DNA of 64,000 nucleotides from an uncultured Actinomycetota bacterium (GTDB lineage Bacteria; Actinomycetota; Geothermincolia; Geothermincolales; RBG-13-55-18). The notes below the pieces were generated by a model. That model ran no database searches, was not told the DNA's origin, and was given only the letters and a program-made list of their open reading frames with translations. The DNA is taken from the NCBI GenBank assembly GCA_964510515.1, contig CAZEAU010000008.1, forward strand, positions 5,379-69,378, written 5' to 3'. Below are positions 1-10,315 of this stretch, piece by piece; within the stretch, counting starts at the first letter, position 1, and each line of letters starts with the position of its first letter. A program made the translations under genes and the position numbers.

Positions 1-2
1 TC

Positions 3-1460
3 ATGGTCGGGACCATGAACCCGGAGGAGGGCGAGCTGCGCCCCCAGCTCGAGGACCGTTTCGGGTTATGCGTGGAGGTGGCGGGCGAGAGGTGCAGCCA
101 GGACCGCGTCGAGGTCATCCGCCGCCGCCAGCGTTTCCTGGAGGACCCCGCGCTTCTCCGCGCCGCATACGCCCCCGCGCAGGAACGTCTGCGGCGACAG
201 GTCCTGCAGGCGCGCGAGCTCCTGCCCCGGATCGAGCTCACGGACGCCATCCTGGAGCTGGTGGCGCGTATCGCCGTGGAGATGAGCGTCTGCGGTCACC
301 GCGCCGACATCGCCACCTGCCAGGCGGCCCGGGCCCTGGCCGCGCTCGGGGGAAGCGCGGTTATCGGCGAGGACCATATCCGCGAGGCCGCGGAGATGGC
401 GCTCGTGCACCGCCTGAGAAAGTCCCCCTTCGACGACCAGCTGAAAGACCTGGAGCGCCTGGAGCGCATCATCGAGCGCAAGGGAAGGCTGATAGGCCTC
501 CCCCTGCAGGACAACCTGCCCGCCGAAGCCCCCGGGGCGGACGCTTCCCCCCCCGCATCCCCGGAGACGGAGAGGCGGCCCGCGAGAGCGCTCGTGGAGA
601 GGCGCGCCGAGGCCTCGGGCAAGGACTTCGAGGCGCCGACCCTGCAGGAAGCGGCGGCCAGGCTCGCCGGCGCCGCGAACGGCAGGAGGGGCAGTGCGGT
701 CACGGAATCGGGCGGGGGGCGGCGAGTCGGGCACCGCCTTCTCCGCCCCGACGAGGAGGTCGGGGCCGCCGGGCTGGCCATGGACGCCACCCTGCGCGCC
801 GCGGCCACGAGGACGGCGGGCAGCGAGGAGGCCTTCGGGGTGCGCAGGCAGGATCTGCGCGCCTCCATCCGGCGGCGCAAGGCGGGCGTCCTCATCCTCT
901 TCATCCTCGACGCCAGCGCCTCCATGGGCTGCCACGAGAGGATAGAGGCCACGAAGAAGGTCGTGGGCCAGCTCCTCGTGGATGCCTACCAGAAAAGGGA
1001 CCGCGTGGGCCTGATCTCGTTCCGCGACGAAGGCGCACAGCTGGTGCTCAACCCGACCTCCAGCGTACAGCTGGCCAGCCTGCGCATCAAAGACCTTGCC
1101 ACCGGCGGGGCGACGCCGCTCAATCACGGGCTGGCCATGGGGTTGATGGTGGCCAAGCGCGAGCTCAGGCGCGACCCCGACACCGCCCCCCTGCTGGTGC
1201 TCATCACCGACGGTCACGGCAACGTGGGCTACGCCTCCGCCAACCCCCTGCGCGAGAGCCTGGAGCTGGCGGAGAAAATACGCGCCCAGCACCTTTCCTG
1301 CCTGGTCTTCGATACCTCCCCGCTGATGCCCTCCGCGAGGGCGGGCCGCGCCGCCCCGCCCCATGCCCGCCGCATAGCCGAGGCCATGGGAGCGGAATAC
1401 CACCGCCTCCCCAGCCTGCAGCCCCAGGAAATCATGCAGCGCCTGGGCAAGCACCTCTGA
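3..1460 (+). CDS. Magnesium/cobalt chelatase subunit D-like AAA+ ATPase with C-terminal VWA domain (5' truncated by window edge)
   Basis: GTMNPEEGELRPQLxDRFG chelatase AAA motif; Pro-rich linker; VWA motifs FILDASASM, GGATPL and LITDG. Confidence 0.85.
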   Translation: MVGTMNPEEGELRPQLEDRFGLCVEVAGERCSQDRVEVIRRRQRFLEDPALLRAAYAPAQERLRRQVLQARELLPRIELTDAILELVARIAVEMSVCGHRADIATCQAARALAALGGSAVIGEDHIREAAEMALVHRLRKSPFDDQLKDLERLERIIERKGRLIGLPLQDNLPAEAPGADASPPASPETERRPARALVERRAEASGKDFEAPTLQEAAARLAGAANGRRGSAVTESGGGRRVGHRLLRPDEEVGAAGLAMDATLRAAATRTAGSEEAFGVRRQDLRASIRRRKAGVLILFILDASASMGCHERIEATKKVVGQLLVDAYQKRDRVGLISFRDEGAQLVLNPTSSVQLASLRIKDLATGGATPLNHGLAMGLMVAKRELRRDPDTAPLLVLITDGHGNVGYASANPLRESLELAEKIRAQHLSCLVFDTSPLMPSARAGRAAPPHARRIAEAMGAEYHRLPSLQPQEIMQRLGKHL

Positions 1461-1602
1461 GCCCGCCTCGCCCACCCGGCACGACGCCCGGCGGGGCTGC
1501 GGGGCCACGTCTTGCGAACCCGAGGCAAAACCCCCGGTGCGAACAGGAAAAATAGCGGAGCAGGCAAAGAACAAGACCTGACCCCATCTGGTTATATAAG
1601 GC

Positions 1603-1629
1603 TAAACGGAGAGGGTTTCCTGCCGATAA
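1603..1629 (+). promoter_or_regulatory. sigma-28 (FliA/SigD/WhiG)-type promoter
   Basis: TAAA-N15-GCCGATAA, an exact consensus match, ~85 bp upstream of the kinase. Confidence 0.7.
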
Positions 1630-1714
1630 ATGAGGGAGTAGGAGAACGCGAGGCGAGGCCGGAGCTCATGCGGCTGTCGGCGGGCGACAAAGGGGCCTTG
1701 ACGCCGAGGTGGTC

Positions 1715-3580
1715 ATGGATGACGTGCTGGGGCTGAAAACGGACGGCGAGGAGGGCGCACCCCGCGCCGCGCCGGGCTACACCATTCCCCTCCTGGTGGC
1801 CATCATCGTCGCTCTGGCAGGGGGCATGATCGCGGTCAGCTCCGTGCTCAACGCGCCCGCCAACTTCATCGTGGGGGGGGTGCTGGGCGCCTGCGTGGTC
1901 GCCCTGGCGACATTCCTCGCCTTCGAATGGCAACACTACCGCGAACAGAACAAGGGATATATAGAGGAGATCACCGGCCTCAACCTGAGGTTCGGCATAC
2001 TCGCCGACGCGGTCAGCGCGGTCAGCTCCACCCTCGATCTCGAGGAGCTGGTGGCGAACATCCTGGGGGTGATGCTCACCCTGACCAACTCCTCCATAGG
2101 CGTGGTCCTCGTCCCCGACGAGAGCTCCACCTCGCTGCAGGTACTGTCGCACCGCGGCTTCAAGGAGAAGGCGGTGCGAGGCCTGAAGATCCGGCTGGGC
2201 AAGGGGGCCGTGAGCAAGGCCTTCCAGACCGGGAAGACGATCATCCGCCGGGACCTTCCCGAGGACCCCAGGGCCCCCGAGACCTACATCGAGGGAAGGA
2301 GCCCCAAATCCCAGATCATCATGCCCCTCAAGGCCCGGGGCCGGATGGTGGGCGTCGCGGTGACGGCGTCCGGCGAGGGGCACGAATACACGCCGGACGA
2401 GGTCACGCTCCTCTCCAGCCTCGCGCATGAGCTGGCCGTGGCCATGATCAACGTGGACCTCTACCAGCAGAGCCGGAAGACCCTGGAGTGGCTGGCGGAT
2501 TCACAGGAATACACGGAGCATTTCATCCGGGAGATGCTCGCGGGCGTTATGGTCATCAACAACGGCGGAGACACCATCTACTTCAACGATGAGGCGGCGG
2601 CCATATTCGGCATCGAGGCCAAGGAGGTCATCGGGGTCAACTACGAGGACCTGGCGGAGGAGGTCGAGAAGTTCCGCCCCCTCTCCTACCTCAAGCCCAT
2701 ATTCCGCCTCTGCCTCGAGGAGGGCCGGAGTTTCCGCCGCCACGAGATGGCCATCGCCGGGCCGCGGGGCGGCAAACTGGACCTCAGCTTCAACGCCTTC
2801 CCCCTCCACCGCTCCCGGGGCGAGCGCATGGGGGCCGCCATAGTCTTCGTGGACGTCACGGCGGTGAAGGCCATGGAGTCGAGGCTGCGACAGCAGGACC
2901 ACCTGTCGATACTCGGCCAGATGGCCGCCAAGATCGCCCACGAGGTGAAAAACCCCCTCTTCGCCATCATCGGGCTTGCCGACGAGCTGGCGGAGGAGGA
3001 GGGCGACCCGGAGCGCAAGCGCCTGCTGTCCATGATCCGGCGCGAGGCCACTTTCAGCAATCAGTGGATATCCGGCATGCTCGCCTTCAGCAAGTCCCCC
3101 TTCCCCGTGGGCGCGGAGGCGGCCCTCGCGCTGCGGTCCAGCCTCCCCGAGCTGATCGCGGACTTCGAACGCGTCCACGAACAGGATGGCTTGAAGATCT
3201 TATGCGACCTGGAGGAAGACCTTCCGCCGGTCATGTTGAGCCGCGATAACATGCGGCACATCCTCTTCAACCTGCTGGAAAACTCCATGCACGCCATGCC
3301 CCTGGGAGGGGTGATAACCGTACGCGGGCATTGCGCCGGCAACGGCTTCGTGGAGATGCGCGTCGAGGATACCGGGGGCGGCATCCATCCCGACGTCCTC
3401 CCTTCCCTCTTCGACCCCTTCTTCACCACCAAGGACGGGGGCACCGGCCTCGGCCTGTCCATAGTGCATAAGATCATTCTGGACATAGGCGGCGACGTAG
3501 ATGTACTCTCACAGCAGGACCTGGGAACGACCTTCATCCTGAGACTGCCGACCCAAAGGGTGAGCCATGAGCGGGATTGA
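1715..3580 (+). CDS. Membrane GAF/PAS sensor histidine kinase
   Basis: Two N-terminal TM segments, GAF, PAS, H-box AHEVKNPL, N-box NLLENS, G boxes DTGGG and GTGLGL. Confidence 0.9.
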   Translation: MDDVLGLKTDGEEGAPRAAPGYTIPLLVAIIVALAGGMIAVSSVLNAPANFIVGGVLGACVVALATFLAFEWQHYREQNKGYIEEITGLNLRFGILADAVSAVSSTLDLEELVANILGVMLTLTNSSIGVVLVPDESSTSLQVLSHRGFKEKAVRGLKIRLGKGAVSKAFQTGKTIIRRDLPEDPRAPETYIEGRSPKSQIIMPLKARGRMVGVAVTASGEGHEYTPDEVTLLSSLAHELAVAMINVDLYQQSRKTLEWLADSQEYTEHFIREMLAGVMVINNGGDTIYFNDEAAAIFGIEAKEVIGVNYEDLAEEVEKFRPLSYLKPIFRLCLEEGRSFRRHEMAIAGPRGGKLDLSFNAFPLHRSRGERMGAAIVFVDVTAVKAMESRLRQQDHLSILGQMAAKIAHEVKNPLFAIIGLADELAEEEGDPERKRLLSMIRREATFSNQWISGMLAFSKSPFPVGAEAALALRSSLPELIADFERVHEQDGLKILCDLEEDLPPVMLSRDNMRHILFNLLENSMHAMPLGGVITVRGHCAGNGFVEMRVEDTGGGIHPDVLPSLFDPFFTTKDGGTGLGLSIVHKIILDIGGDVDVLSQQDLGTTFILRLPTQRVSHERD

Positions 3581-3941
3581 CGCCAAGCTTCTCATCGTGG
3601 ATGACAATGAGGGAGTAAGACATCTGGTGTCCCGCTGGCTGGAGAGGGCGGGCTTCGCGGTCGAGGAGGCCAAAGACGGCGCCGAGGCCGTCGAGATGGT
3701 GAAGAAGGACCCCCCGCATATCATCCTCGCGGATATCCGCATGCCGAACATCGACGGCATCGAACTGGCGCGCATCATCAAGAACGACTATCCCGCCATC
3801 AAGATAATCCTCATGACCGCCTATTCCTCGCCGCAGACCATCGCGCAGGCCAGGCGCGAGGGGGTGGACGATTACCTGGAGAAGCCCTTCACCAAGGACC
3901 AGGTGGAGAGGATAACCATGCAGGCCCTATCCGCCAGGTAG
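3567..3941 (+). CDS. Single-domain response regulator (receiver)
   Basis: LIVDD, DIRMP, MTAY and KPF motifs; overlaps the kinase stop. Confidence 0.9.
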   Translation: MSGIDAKLLIVDDNEGVRHLVSRWLERAGFAVEEAKDGAEAVEMVKKDPPHIILADIRMPNIDGIELARIIKNDYPAIKIILMTAYSSPQTIAQARREGVDDYLEKPFTKDQVERITMQALSAR

Positions 3942-3981
3942 CGGGACAGCCCGCTGCCGCTCGGCGGGGCGGAGCCCGGGC

Positions 3982-4791
3982 TCATGGGGGAAGGCGCAGC
4001 GCGGTCCTCCTCCGCGCCGAGAAGACGCATATCTCTCCGTACCCCACCCGGCGCAGCAGCGCCAGCGCCTGCTCGAAGTCGCGCCCCACATCGTCGGGGC
4101 GGTGGGCGTCCGAGCCCAGGGTCACGCCTATCTCCCGCTCGCGGCACAGGCGCAGGAAATCCTCGTCCGGATACATCTCCCGCACCGGCATGCGCAGGCC
4201 GGCGGTGCTCACCTCCACCGCCACCCCGGACGCGGCTACGCGGTCCAGGCAGCGTTCCCGCAGGCGTGTCAGGTCCCCCTCGGGCCGGAACCCGAACTTC
4301 TTGACCAGGTCCGGGTGGGCCAGGATGTCGAAGAGCCCGCTCTCGGCCGCTTCCGCCAGGAGCTCGAAGTAGCGCTCCCATAACGCGTAGAGGTCGCGCC
4401 CCTCATACTCGCCCAGGTTGCGGGGGTCGTCGAAAGCCCAGCCGTCCACGAAATGCACCGCCCCCATGACGTAATCGAAGGGGTGGGAGTCGAGCAGGGC
4501 GGCCATGCGGGATACCGTCTGCGGCACATAGTCCGCCTCTATCCCCAGCTTGACCGTGAGGCGGGGAAAGCGCCCGCGCACCTCGCCCACCTCGGCCACG
4601 TAGGCCGGCAGCTCCTCCCGCCCCATGCTCAGGGTCGCGTCCCTCGTGTGCAGCAGGGGCAGATGGTCCGAGAAGCCTATCTCGCGCAGGCCCACCTCCA
4701 CCGCCCTTTGCGCATAGTCGTCGAGCCGTCCCTGGGCGTGGCCGCAACGGGCGGTGTGCAGATGATAGTCGACCAGGTGCATGGCTTTCAT
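3982..4791 (-). CDS. Histidinol-phosphatase, PHP/HisJ family
   Basis: DYHLHT, GFSDH, GIEAD, AHPDL and GSDAH PHP motifs; start (4791 or 4782) uncertain. Confidence 0.8.
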   Translation of the reverse strand: MKAMHLVDYHLHTARCGHAQGRLDDYAQRAVEVGLREIGFSDHLPLLHTRDATLSMGREELPAYVAEVGEVRGRFPRLTVKLGIEADYVPQTVSRMAALLDSHPFDYVMGAVHFVDGWAFDDPRNLGEYEGRDLYALWERYFELLAEAAESGLFDILAHPDLVKKFGFRPEGDLTRLRERCLDRVAASGVAVEVSTAGLRMPVREMYPDEDFLRLCREREIGVTLGSDAHRPDDVGRDFEQALALLRRVGYGEICVFSARRRTALRLPP

Positions 4792-4904
4792 CAGAAGAAG
4801 CATAGCAGATTCCCGAAGCCACTTCTCCCAGCGGAACCCGAGGTGATATACTTCACAGTTGTACGGCTTCAATCATTCGCCGGATCGAAAGGAGGACGCA
4901 GGGA

Positions 4905-5057
4905 ATGGGAAAGGCCAAGAAGCTCAAGAAGGCTGAGAAGGTCGTCGCCAAGACCGAGAAAAAGAAGGGCAAGCTGGAGAAGGCGCTCGGGAAGCTCGAG
5001 AAGGCAGGGGCCAAAGCCCAGAAGAAAGTGGATAAGCTCTCCAAGAAGCTTGCCTGA
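4905..5057 (+). CDS. 50-aa Lys/Ala-rich basic small protein (not in ORF track)
   Basis: AGGAGG at 4890-4895, ATG at 4905, TGA at 5055-5057; MGKAKKLKKAEKVVAKTEKKKGKLEKALGKLEKAGAKAQKKVDKLSKKLA; G/C-ending codons dominate. Confidence 0.75.
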   Translation: MGKAKKLKKAEKVVAKTEKKKGKLEKALGKLEKAGAKAQKKVDKLSKKLA

Positions 5058-5395
5058 CATCCGTACCCGATCGACCGCTGGGGAGAGGCTCCCAGCCGGC
5101 ATAAATATCGTTTTTCCGGGGCAGCATTGGCGCTGCCCCGGAGCCGTTCGCCCCGGCCTCCCGGCGTGGAGATCCCTGCGCCTTCGAGGAACGCAGCGGC
5201 CGTGCCTCGGCGCTGCGGGGGCCGCTCCTGATGTTGCTTATCCGCTCCAGGGGGATAGGCGTAGCGCTCTTGTTGATGATCCCCCGGGAGATAAGGAAGA
5301 ACCCCACCGTTTGCGGGCGCCGCTTCCCGCTCCGCGATTATTCTTCCCCGCCGCCGGCCCCTGAAGCGCGCTTGCGCCGCATGCGCGCGCCGCCA

Positions 5396-6295
5396 TCAGA
5401 AAGAGGTGATGGAGGCGAACTCGCGGTATCTCTCCTCTATCTCCTCCTCGCTCAGGTCGCGCAGGCGGTTGCAGGAAAACGACTCCACGTTGAAGGAGGC
5501 GACGACGCTGCCGTAAACGATGGACCTGCGGATATCCTCCTCGTTCATCTCTGGAAAGCGCGACAGGGAGCCCAGAAAGCCGCCCCCGAAGGTATCGCCC
5601 GCGCCCGTGGGGTCGAAAACGGCCTCCAGGGGATAGGCGGGCAGGGAGAAAAAGACCCCCTCGCCGAGCATGATCACGCCGTGCTCGCCTTTCTTGATGA
5701 TCACCCGGCCCGGCCCCATCTCCAGGAGCTTCCTGCCCGCGGTGACCAGGTTCGGCTCGCCCGCGAGCTGCCTGGCCTCGGCGTCGTTGAGCAGGAGGTA
5801 ATCGACATGGGAGATGGTTTCGAGCAGGGCTTCGCGCTGGCTCTCGATCCAGAAGTTCATGGTGTCGCAGGCGATGAGGCGCGGCGAGCGTATCTGCCGC
5901 AGCACCTTGAGCTGCAGGGCGGGGTGGATATTGGCCAGAAACACGTATTCGGAGTCACGGTACTCCTCGGGTATCTCGGGGTCGAACCCCTCGAACACGT
6001 TGAGCTGAGTGTCCGTGGTGTGGGCGTCGTTGAGGTCGAACTCGTAGTATCCCTTCCAGCGGAAGGTCCTGCCCGGAAGGCGCTTGAGCCCCCCGATGTC
6101 GATGGAGCGCGAGGCGAGGAAGTCGACATGTGCCGCGGGGAAGTCCTCCCCCACCACCGCCACCAGCCTCACCCGGTTGAAGAGCGAGGCCGCCACGCTG
6201 AAGTAGGTGGCCGAGCCCCCCAGTATCTCCTCGACCTCTCCGAAGGGGGTGCGGATGGAATCGAGGGCCACGGAACCTACGACCAGTATGCTCAT
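5396..6295 (-). CDS. PfkB-family carbohydrate/nucleoside kinase
   Basis: VVGSVALD N-terminus, LGGSATY, DPTGAGDTF signature. Confidence 0.9.
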   Translation of the reverse strand: MSILVVGSVALDSIRTPFGEVEEILGGSATYFSVAASLFNRVRLVAVVGEDFPAAHVDFLASRSIDIGGLKRLPGRTFRWKGYYEFDLNDAHTTDTQLNVFEGFDPEIPEEYRDSEYVFLANIHPALQLKVLRQIRSPRLIACDTMNFWIESQREALLETISHVDYLLLNDAEARQLAGEPNLVTAGRKLLEMGPGRVIIKKGEHGVIMLGEGVFFSLPAYPLEAVFDPTGAGDTFGGGFLGSLSRFPEMNEEDIRRSIVYGSVVASFNVESFSCNRLRDLSEEEIEERYREFASITSF

Positions 6296-6652
6296 CTCCA
6301 CCTCCGTACGTAAGCGGTCCCACCGGCGTTGACGGGCCTGCCTCCGGACCCCATCGCTGCAGCCCGCGGCCCCGACACTCCGCTACCTTATCATCTATCA
6401 TCATAGTACTGCGTTCTTGCCCCGCTGCGCACCGCACAAGCGCGGGCGCGGCGCGCTCCCCCACCGCGGACGGGATACCCCGGGACGGCCTGTGTGAGGT
6501 CAGTGCGGGCATCCCGCCGGGGATGCTAGTATTGATGTGAAGAAGGATTGAGGGTATATTTTTAGACTGCAAGCCGGAAAACCCGCCACGCGCTTCCGGA
6601 TGGGGCGAAGCGCAGCGGGCGGGAGAGAGATATCGCCAGAGGTGAAGGTAAA

Positions 6653-6949
6653 ATGCCGAGATACGATTACAAGTGCGAGGGTTGCGGCGACGTCTTCGAG
6701 GCCGTGCACGGCGTCGGCGACAGCGTGGAGGGCTGCCCCGAGTGTGGAGGCAAGGTCAGGCGCCTCTTCCATCCCGTGGGGATAATCTTCAAGGGTTCGG
6801 GGTTTTACAAGACGGACTACCGCTCCTCCTCGGACAACGGCGGCGACAAGCCCGCACCCAGACACGTGGAGAAGGAAAAGGACAGGCCCGCGGACAAGGC
6901 CCCGCAGAAGGAAGAGAAGGCGGCCGAGGCGAAGGCGGCGGGAGACTGA
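6653..6949 (+). CDS. FmdB-family zinc-ribbon protein
   Basis: MPRYDYKCxxCG...CPECGG...GIIFKGSGFYKTDY. Confidence 0.9.
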   Translation: MPRYDYKCEGCGDVFEAVHGVGDSVEGCPECGGKVRRLFHPVGIIFKGSGFYKTDYRSSSDNGGDKPAPRHVEKEKDRPADKAPQKEEKAAEAKAAGD

Positions 6950-6986
6950 CGCGGGCGGCGGGGAGGAAAGGGATACGGGGGTCCAC

Positions 6987-7823
6987 ATGCAGCTTCCCCA
7001 GGTAAAGATGGGCGTCTTCGGCGGCTCCGGGTTTTACTCCCTGCTCGAGAGGGCCCGCAGCTACGCCGTGCACACCCCTTACGGTGACCCCAGCGACCGC
7101 TTCACGGTGGGGGAGCTGGGTGGCGTGGAGGTGGTTTTTCTGCCCCGCCACGGGCGTCACCACCAACACCCTCCGCACGGCATCAACTTCCGCGCCAACC
7201 TCTGGGGCATGCGCGAGCTCGGCGTGGAGCGCATCATCTCCCCCGGAGCCTGCGGCTCGCTGCAGAAGGAGATACCGCCGGGCACCTTCGTCCTCTGCGA
7301 TCAGTTCATAGACCGCACCTCGGGCCGGGACGACACCTTCCATGACGGGCCCGTGGTAGTGCACATAAACTGCTCTGAGCCTTACTGCCCCGCCATGCGG
7401 GAGGCCTGCGCCGGCACGGCTCGCGGGCTGGGCATCGACTGCCGCAACGGGGGCACGGCGGTGATCATACAAGGACCGCGTTTCAGCACCCGCGCCGAGA
7501 GCAAATGGTATCATTCCCAGGGCTGGGACGTGGTCAACATGACCCAGTACCCCGAGGTGGTCCTGGCCAGGGAGCTGGGCATGTGCTACCTCAACATCTC
7601 GCTGGTCACCGACTGGGACGTATGGGTCGCCGGCGAGAAGGGGGTCAAGACGGTGAGCGCCGAGGATATCGGGCGCGTTTTCCAGGAGAACAACGAGAGG
7701 CTGCTCCTCCTGCTCGAGGAGCTGATGCCGGCCCTGGCCGGGGACCTGGACTGCGACTGTTCCTCCATGCTCGAGGAGGCGACCATCAGCCCCATCGAGA
7801 TCGTGGAGCAGCCCCGAGCATGA
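6987..7823 (+). CDS. mtnP: S-methyl-5'-thioadenosine phosphorylase
   Basis: GGSG, TPYGDPS, LPRHG, GPRFSTRAES, NMTQYPE, LVTD motifs. Confidence 0.85.
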   Translation: MQLPQVKMGVFGGSGFYSLLERARSYAVHTPYGDPSDRFTVGELGGVEVVFLPRHGRHHQHPPHGINFRANLWGMRELGVERIISPGACGSLQKEIPPGTFVLCDQFIDRTSGRDDTFHDGPVVVHINCSEPYCPAMREACAGTARGLGIDCRNGGTAVIIQGPRFSTRAESKWYHSQGWDVVNMTQYPEVVLARELGMCYLNISLVTDWDVWVAGEKGVKTVSAEDIGRVFQENNERLLLLLEELMPALAGDLDCDCSSMLEEATISPIEIVEQPRA

Positions 7824-7833
7824 GTCGCCTGCC

Positions 7834-8967
7834 GTGATCCCGAGCAAGGGCTTCCGGATAGCGAGCCTGCGGGGGGTCTCCGTTTATCTGCATTGGAGCT
7901 GGTTCATAGTCTTCTTCCTCCTCCTCTGGGTGGTGATGCGGTTCTTCCGGGCCAACACCGCTTCCGCGCCGGCGGTCTATGTTCCCGTGGCCGTGGCCAC
8001 CACCCTGCTCTTCTTCATCTCCGTGCTCCTGCACGAGCTTTCCCACTCCATGGTCGCCAACCGCAACGGCATTCCCATCAGCCGCATCACCCTCTTCGTC
8101 TTCGGCGGGGTGGCCCAGATGGACCGCGAGGTGCCCTCTCCGGGGGTGGAGTTCAAGATGGCGGTGGCGGGTCCGCTGTGCTCTTACGCGCTCTGCCTCG
8201 TCTTCGGGGGGGCGTCCTATCTCTTGCACATCCTCGGCGCGGACACCATCTCCTTCGGCTTCATACTCCTTGCCGCGGTCAACTTCGGGTTGGGGACCTT
8301 CAACCTCATCCCGGGCTTTCCCCTCGACGGGGGGAGGGTGCTGCGCTCCCTGCTCTGGCACCATTGGGGCGACCTGGAGAGGAGCACCCGCGCCGCCAGC
8401 CGCATGGGCCAGGCGGTGGGGGCGTTGCTGGCGGTAGGCGGCGTGGTCATGCTCGCCCTGGACCTCTTCCACGGCGAACGCGACCTCCTCTTCGCCAGCG
8501 TGTGGTTCATGCTCGTGGGGACCTTTCTCATCCAGGCCGCTTTCGCCGCCTACCGGCAGGCGAGCCTGCGCGCCTCCCTGGCCGGTGCCTCTGTACGGGG
8601 CCTGACCCGCATGGGGGTCCCCGCCCTGGACGCCTCGGTCACCCTGGAGGAAGCCTACCGGACGCAGCTGCAGAGGTCGCCCTCAAGCCCGCTCCCCGTG
8701 CTCAGGCAGGGCAGGCTGGCGGCCACCGTGACCCTCGCGGATCTCAAGCCGGTGAGCCCGGCGGCATGGCCCGACACCCCCCTGGCCAGGGTGGCGCGCC
8801 CGTTGGGCCAGGCCGAGAGCGTGGAACCGGACACCCCCCTCTTGGAAGCCATGCTGATCATGGAGCGTTCGGGCAGAGATTTCCTGTGGGTGGTCGAGGA
8901 CGGCCGCCTCGTGGGGGTGTTTCTGGGCACGGACGCGCGCCGCGCCGCGCAGCGGCGCAGGAAATGA
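7834..8967 (+). CDS. Site-2 protease (M50) with degenerate CBS domains
   Basis: HELSH, AVAGP and FNLIPGFPLDGGR motifs; multiple TM segments. Confidence 0.9.
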   Translation: MIPSKGFRIASLRGVSVYLHWSWFIVFFLLLWVVMRFFRANTASAPAVYVPVAVATTLLFFISVLLHELSHSMVANRNGIPISRITLFVFGGVAQMDREVPSPGVEFKMAVAGPLCSYALCLVFGGASYLLHILGADTISFGFILLAAVNFGLGTFNLIPGFPLDGGRVLRSLLWHHWGDLERSTRAASRMGQAVGALLAVGGVVMLALDLFHGERDLLFASVWFMLVGTFLIQAAFAAYRQASLRASLAGASVRGLTRMGVPALDASVTLEEAYRTQLQRSPSSPLPVLRQGRLAATVTLADLKPVSPAAWPDTPLARVARPLGQAESVEPDTPLLEAMLIMERSGRDFLWVVEDGRLVGVFLGTDARRAAQRRRK

Positions 8968-9057
8968 ATCGGATGCGCGCTTGGGATATAATGATGCCTG
9001 GCCTGTCGGGCTGAGAAAAGACCGGAGCGGTACCCGGATGAGAGGAAGGAGCCTGCT

Positions 9058-10101
9058 ATGAAGACGCGCATCACCGAGGCCCTGGGCATAGAGCACCCCA
9101 TTCTGCTGTCCGGCATGAGCTGGATCAGCCTGCCCAAGATGGTGGCGGCAGTATCGGAAGCGGGGGGCCTGGGCCTCCTCGCCACCGGCGTCCTCGACGC
9201 CGATGAGACGAAGGCGGCAGTGAGGGAGATCCGCTCGCTTACCGACAAGCCTTTCGGGGCCAACGTCTCCCTCCTCTTCCCCGGCGCGGCCCAGAACGCG
9301 GTGGCGCTGCTGGAGGAGAAGGTGCCGGTGATCAATTTCTCGCTCGGCAAGGGCGACTGGATCGTGCAGATGGCCCACGAATACGGCGGCAAGGTGCTGG
9401 CCACGGTGACCAATCTCCGCCATGCCAAGCGGGCCCAGGATTACGGCTGCGACGGCGTCATCGCCACCGGCAACGAGGCGGCGGCACACGGCGAGGAGGT
9501 GACCACCTTCTGCCTCGTGCCCAGCCTGGCCTCGGGCCTGGACATCCCGGTGGTGGCGGCCGGGGGGGTCGGCGACGGCAGGGGCCTGGCGGCGGCCCTG
9601 GCCTTGGGCGCGGAGGGCGTGGCCATGGGCACCCGCCTCATGACCACGGTGGAGAGCCCGCTGCACCAGAACTACAAGCAGCTCTCCCTGGAAAAGGACG
9701 TCTACGATACCCTTTTCTCCAAGAACTTCGACGGCCTGTGGTGCCGGGTGCTGGACACGCCGGCGGCACGCAAGGCCACCAAGCGCGGCCTCACCCCCCT
9801 CGGCTACCTCAAGGCCATCCCCAATTCGCGCTCCATCGCCGAGATGCTCAAGCTCCCCTATTACAAGCTCTTCGTGGGCGTGCTCGCCTCCGGCTGGGAG
9901 AACGCCCGCCAGCTGGCCTTCATGGCCAACGCCTTCAAGCAGATCCGCATCGCCACCGAGGACGGCGATATCGAGCGCGGCGTGCTTCCCGTGGGCCAGG
10001 TGACCGGGCTCATGCACGACATCCCCAGCGTGAAGGAGGTCATCGAGAGGACGGTCAGGGAGGCGGAGGAGGTAATGAAGGGCCTCGCCGCCAAGGTGTG
10101 A
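9058..10101 (+). CDS. Nitronate monooxygenase/FabK-like flavoprotein
   Basis: TRITEALGIEHPI, VSEAGGLG, VAAGGVGDGRG, AMGTR. Confidence 0.85.
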   Translation: MKTRITEALGIEHPILLSGMSWISLPKMVAAVSEAGGLGLLATGVLDADETKAAVREIRSLTDKPFGANVSLLFPGAAQNAVALLEEKVPVINFSLGKGDWIVQMAHEYGGKVLATVTNLRHAKRAQDYGCDGVIATGNEAAAHGEEVTTFCLVPSLASGLDIPVVAAGGVGDGRGLAAALALGAEGVAMGTRLMTTVESPLHQNYKQLSLEKDVYDTLFSKNFDGLWCRVLDTPAARKATKRGLTPLGYLKAIPNSRSIAEMLKLPYYKLFVGVLASGWENARQLAFMANAFKQIRIATEDGDIERGVLPVGQVTGLMHDIPSVKEVIERTVREAEEVMKGLAAKV

Positions 10102-10315
10102 CGCCCGCACTATCCCGCGGCCCCGCCCCGCCGGGCGGGGCCCTCTCTTTGCCCCGCATGGTCGGCGCCCGGCCCTCCCCTCCCCGCGCAGGCCCGGCCA
10201 TGCCCCCGCTGGCCGCGAGGGGGCCCGCCGCGGGGACGCGGGGCGAGGCGGATGCGCGCACGCAAGAGGCGCGGAATACCTTGTGTATAAGTTAAGCATG
10301 TTATATAATTCTTTC

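Noticed and set aside
3-1460. Chlorophyll biosynthesis
   Set aside because: ChlD/ChlI-like AAA-VWA proteins are widespread in non-phototrophs; no other bch/chl genes are present.
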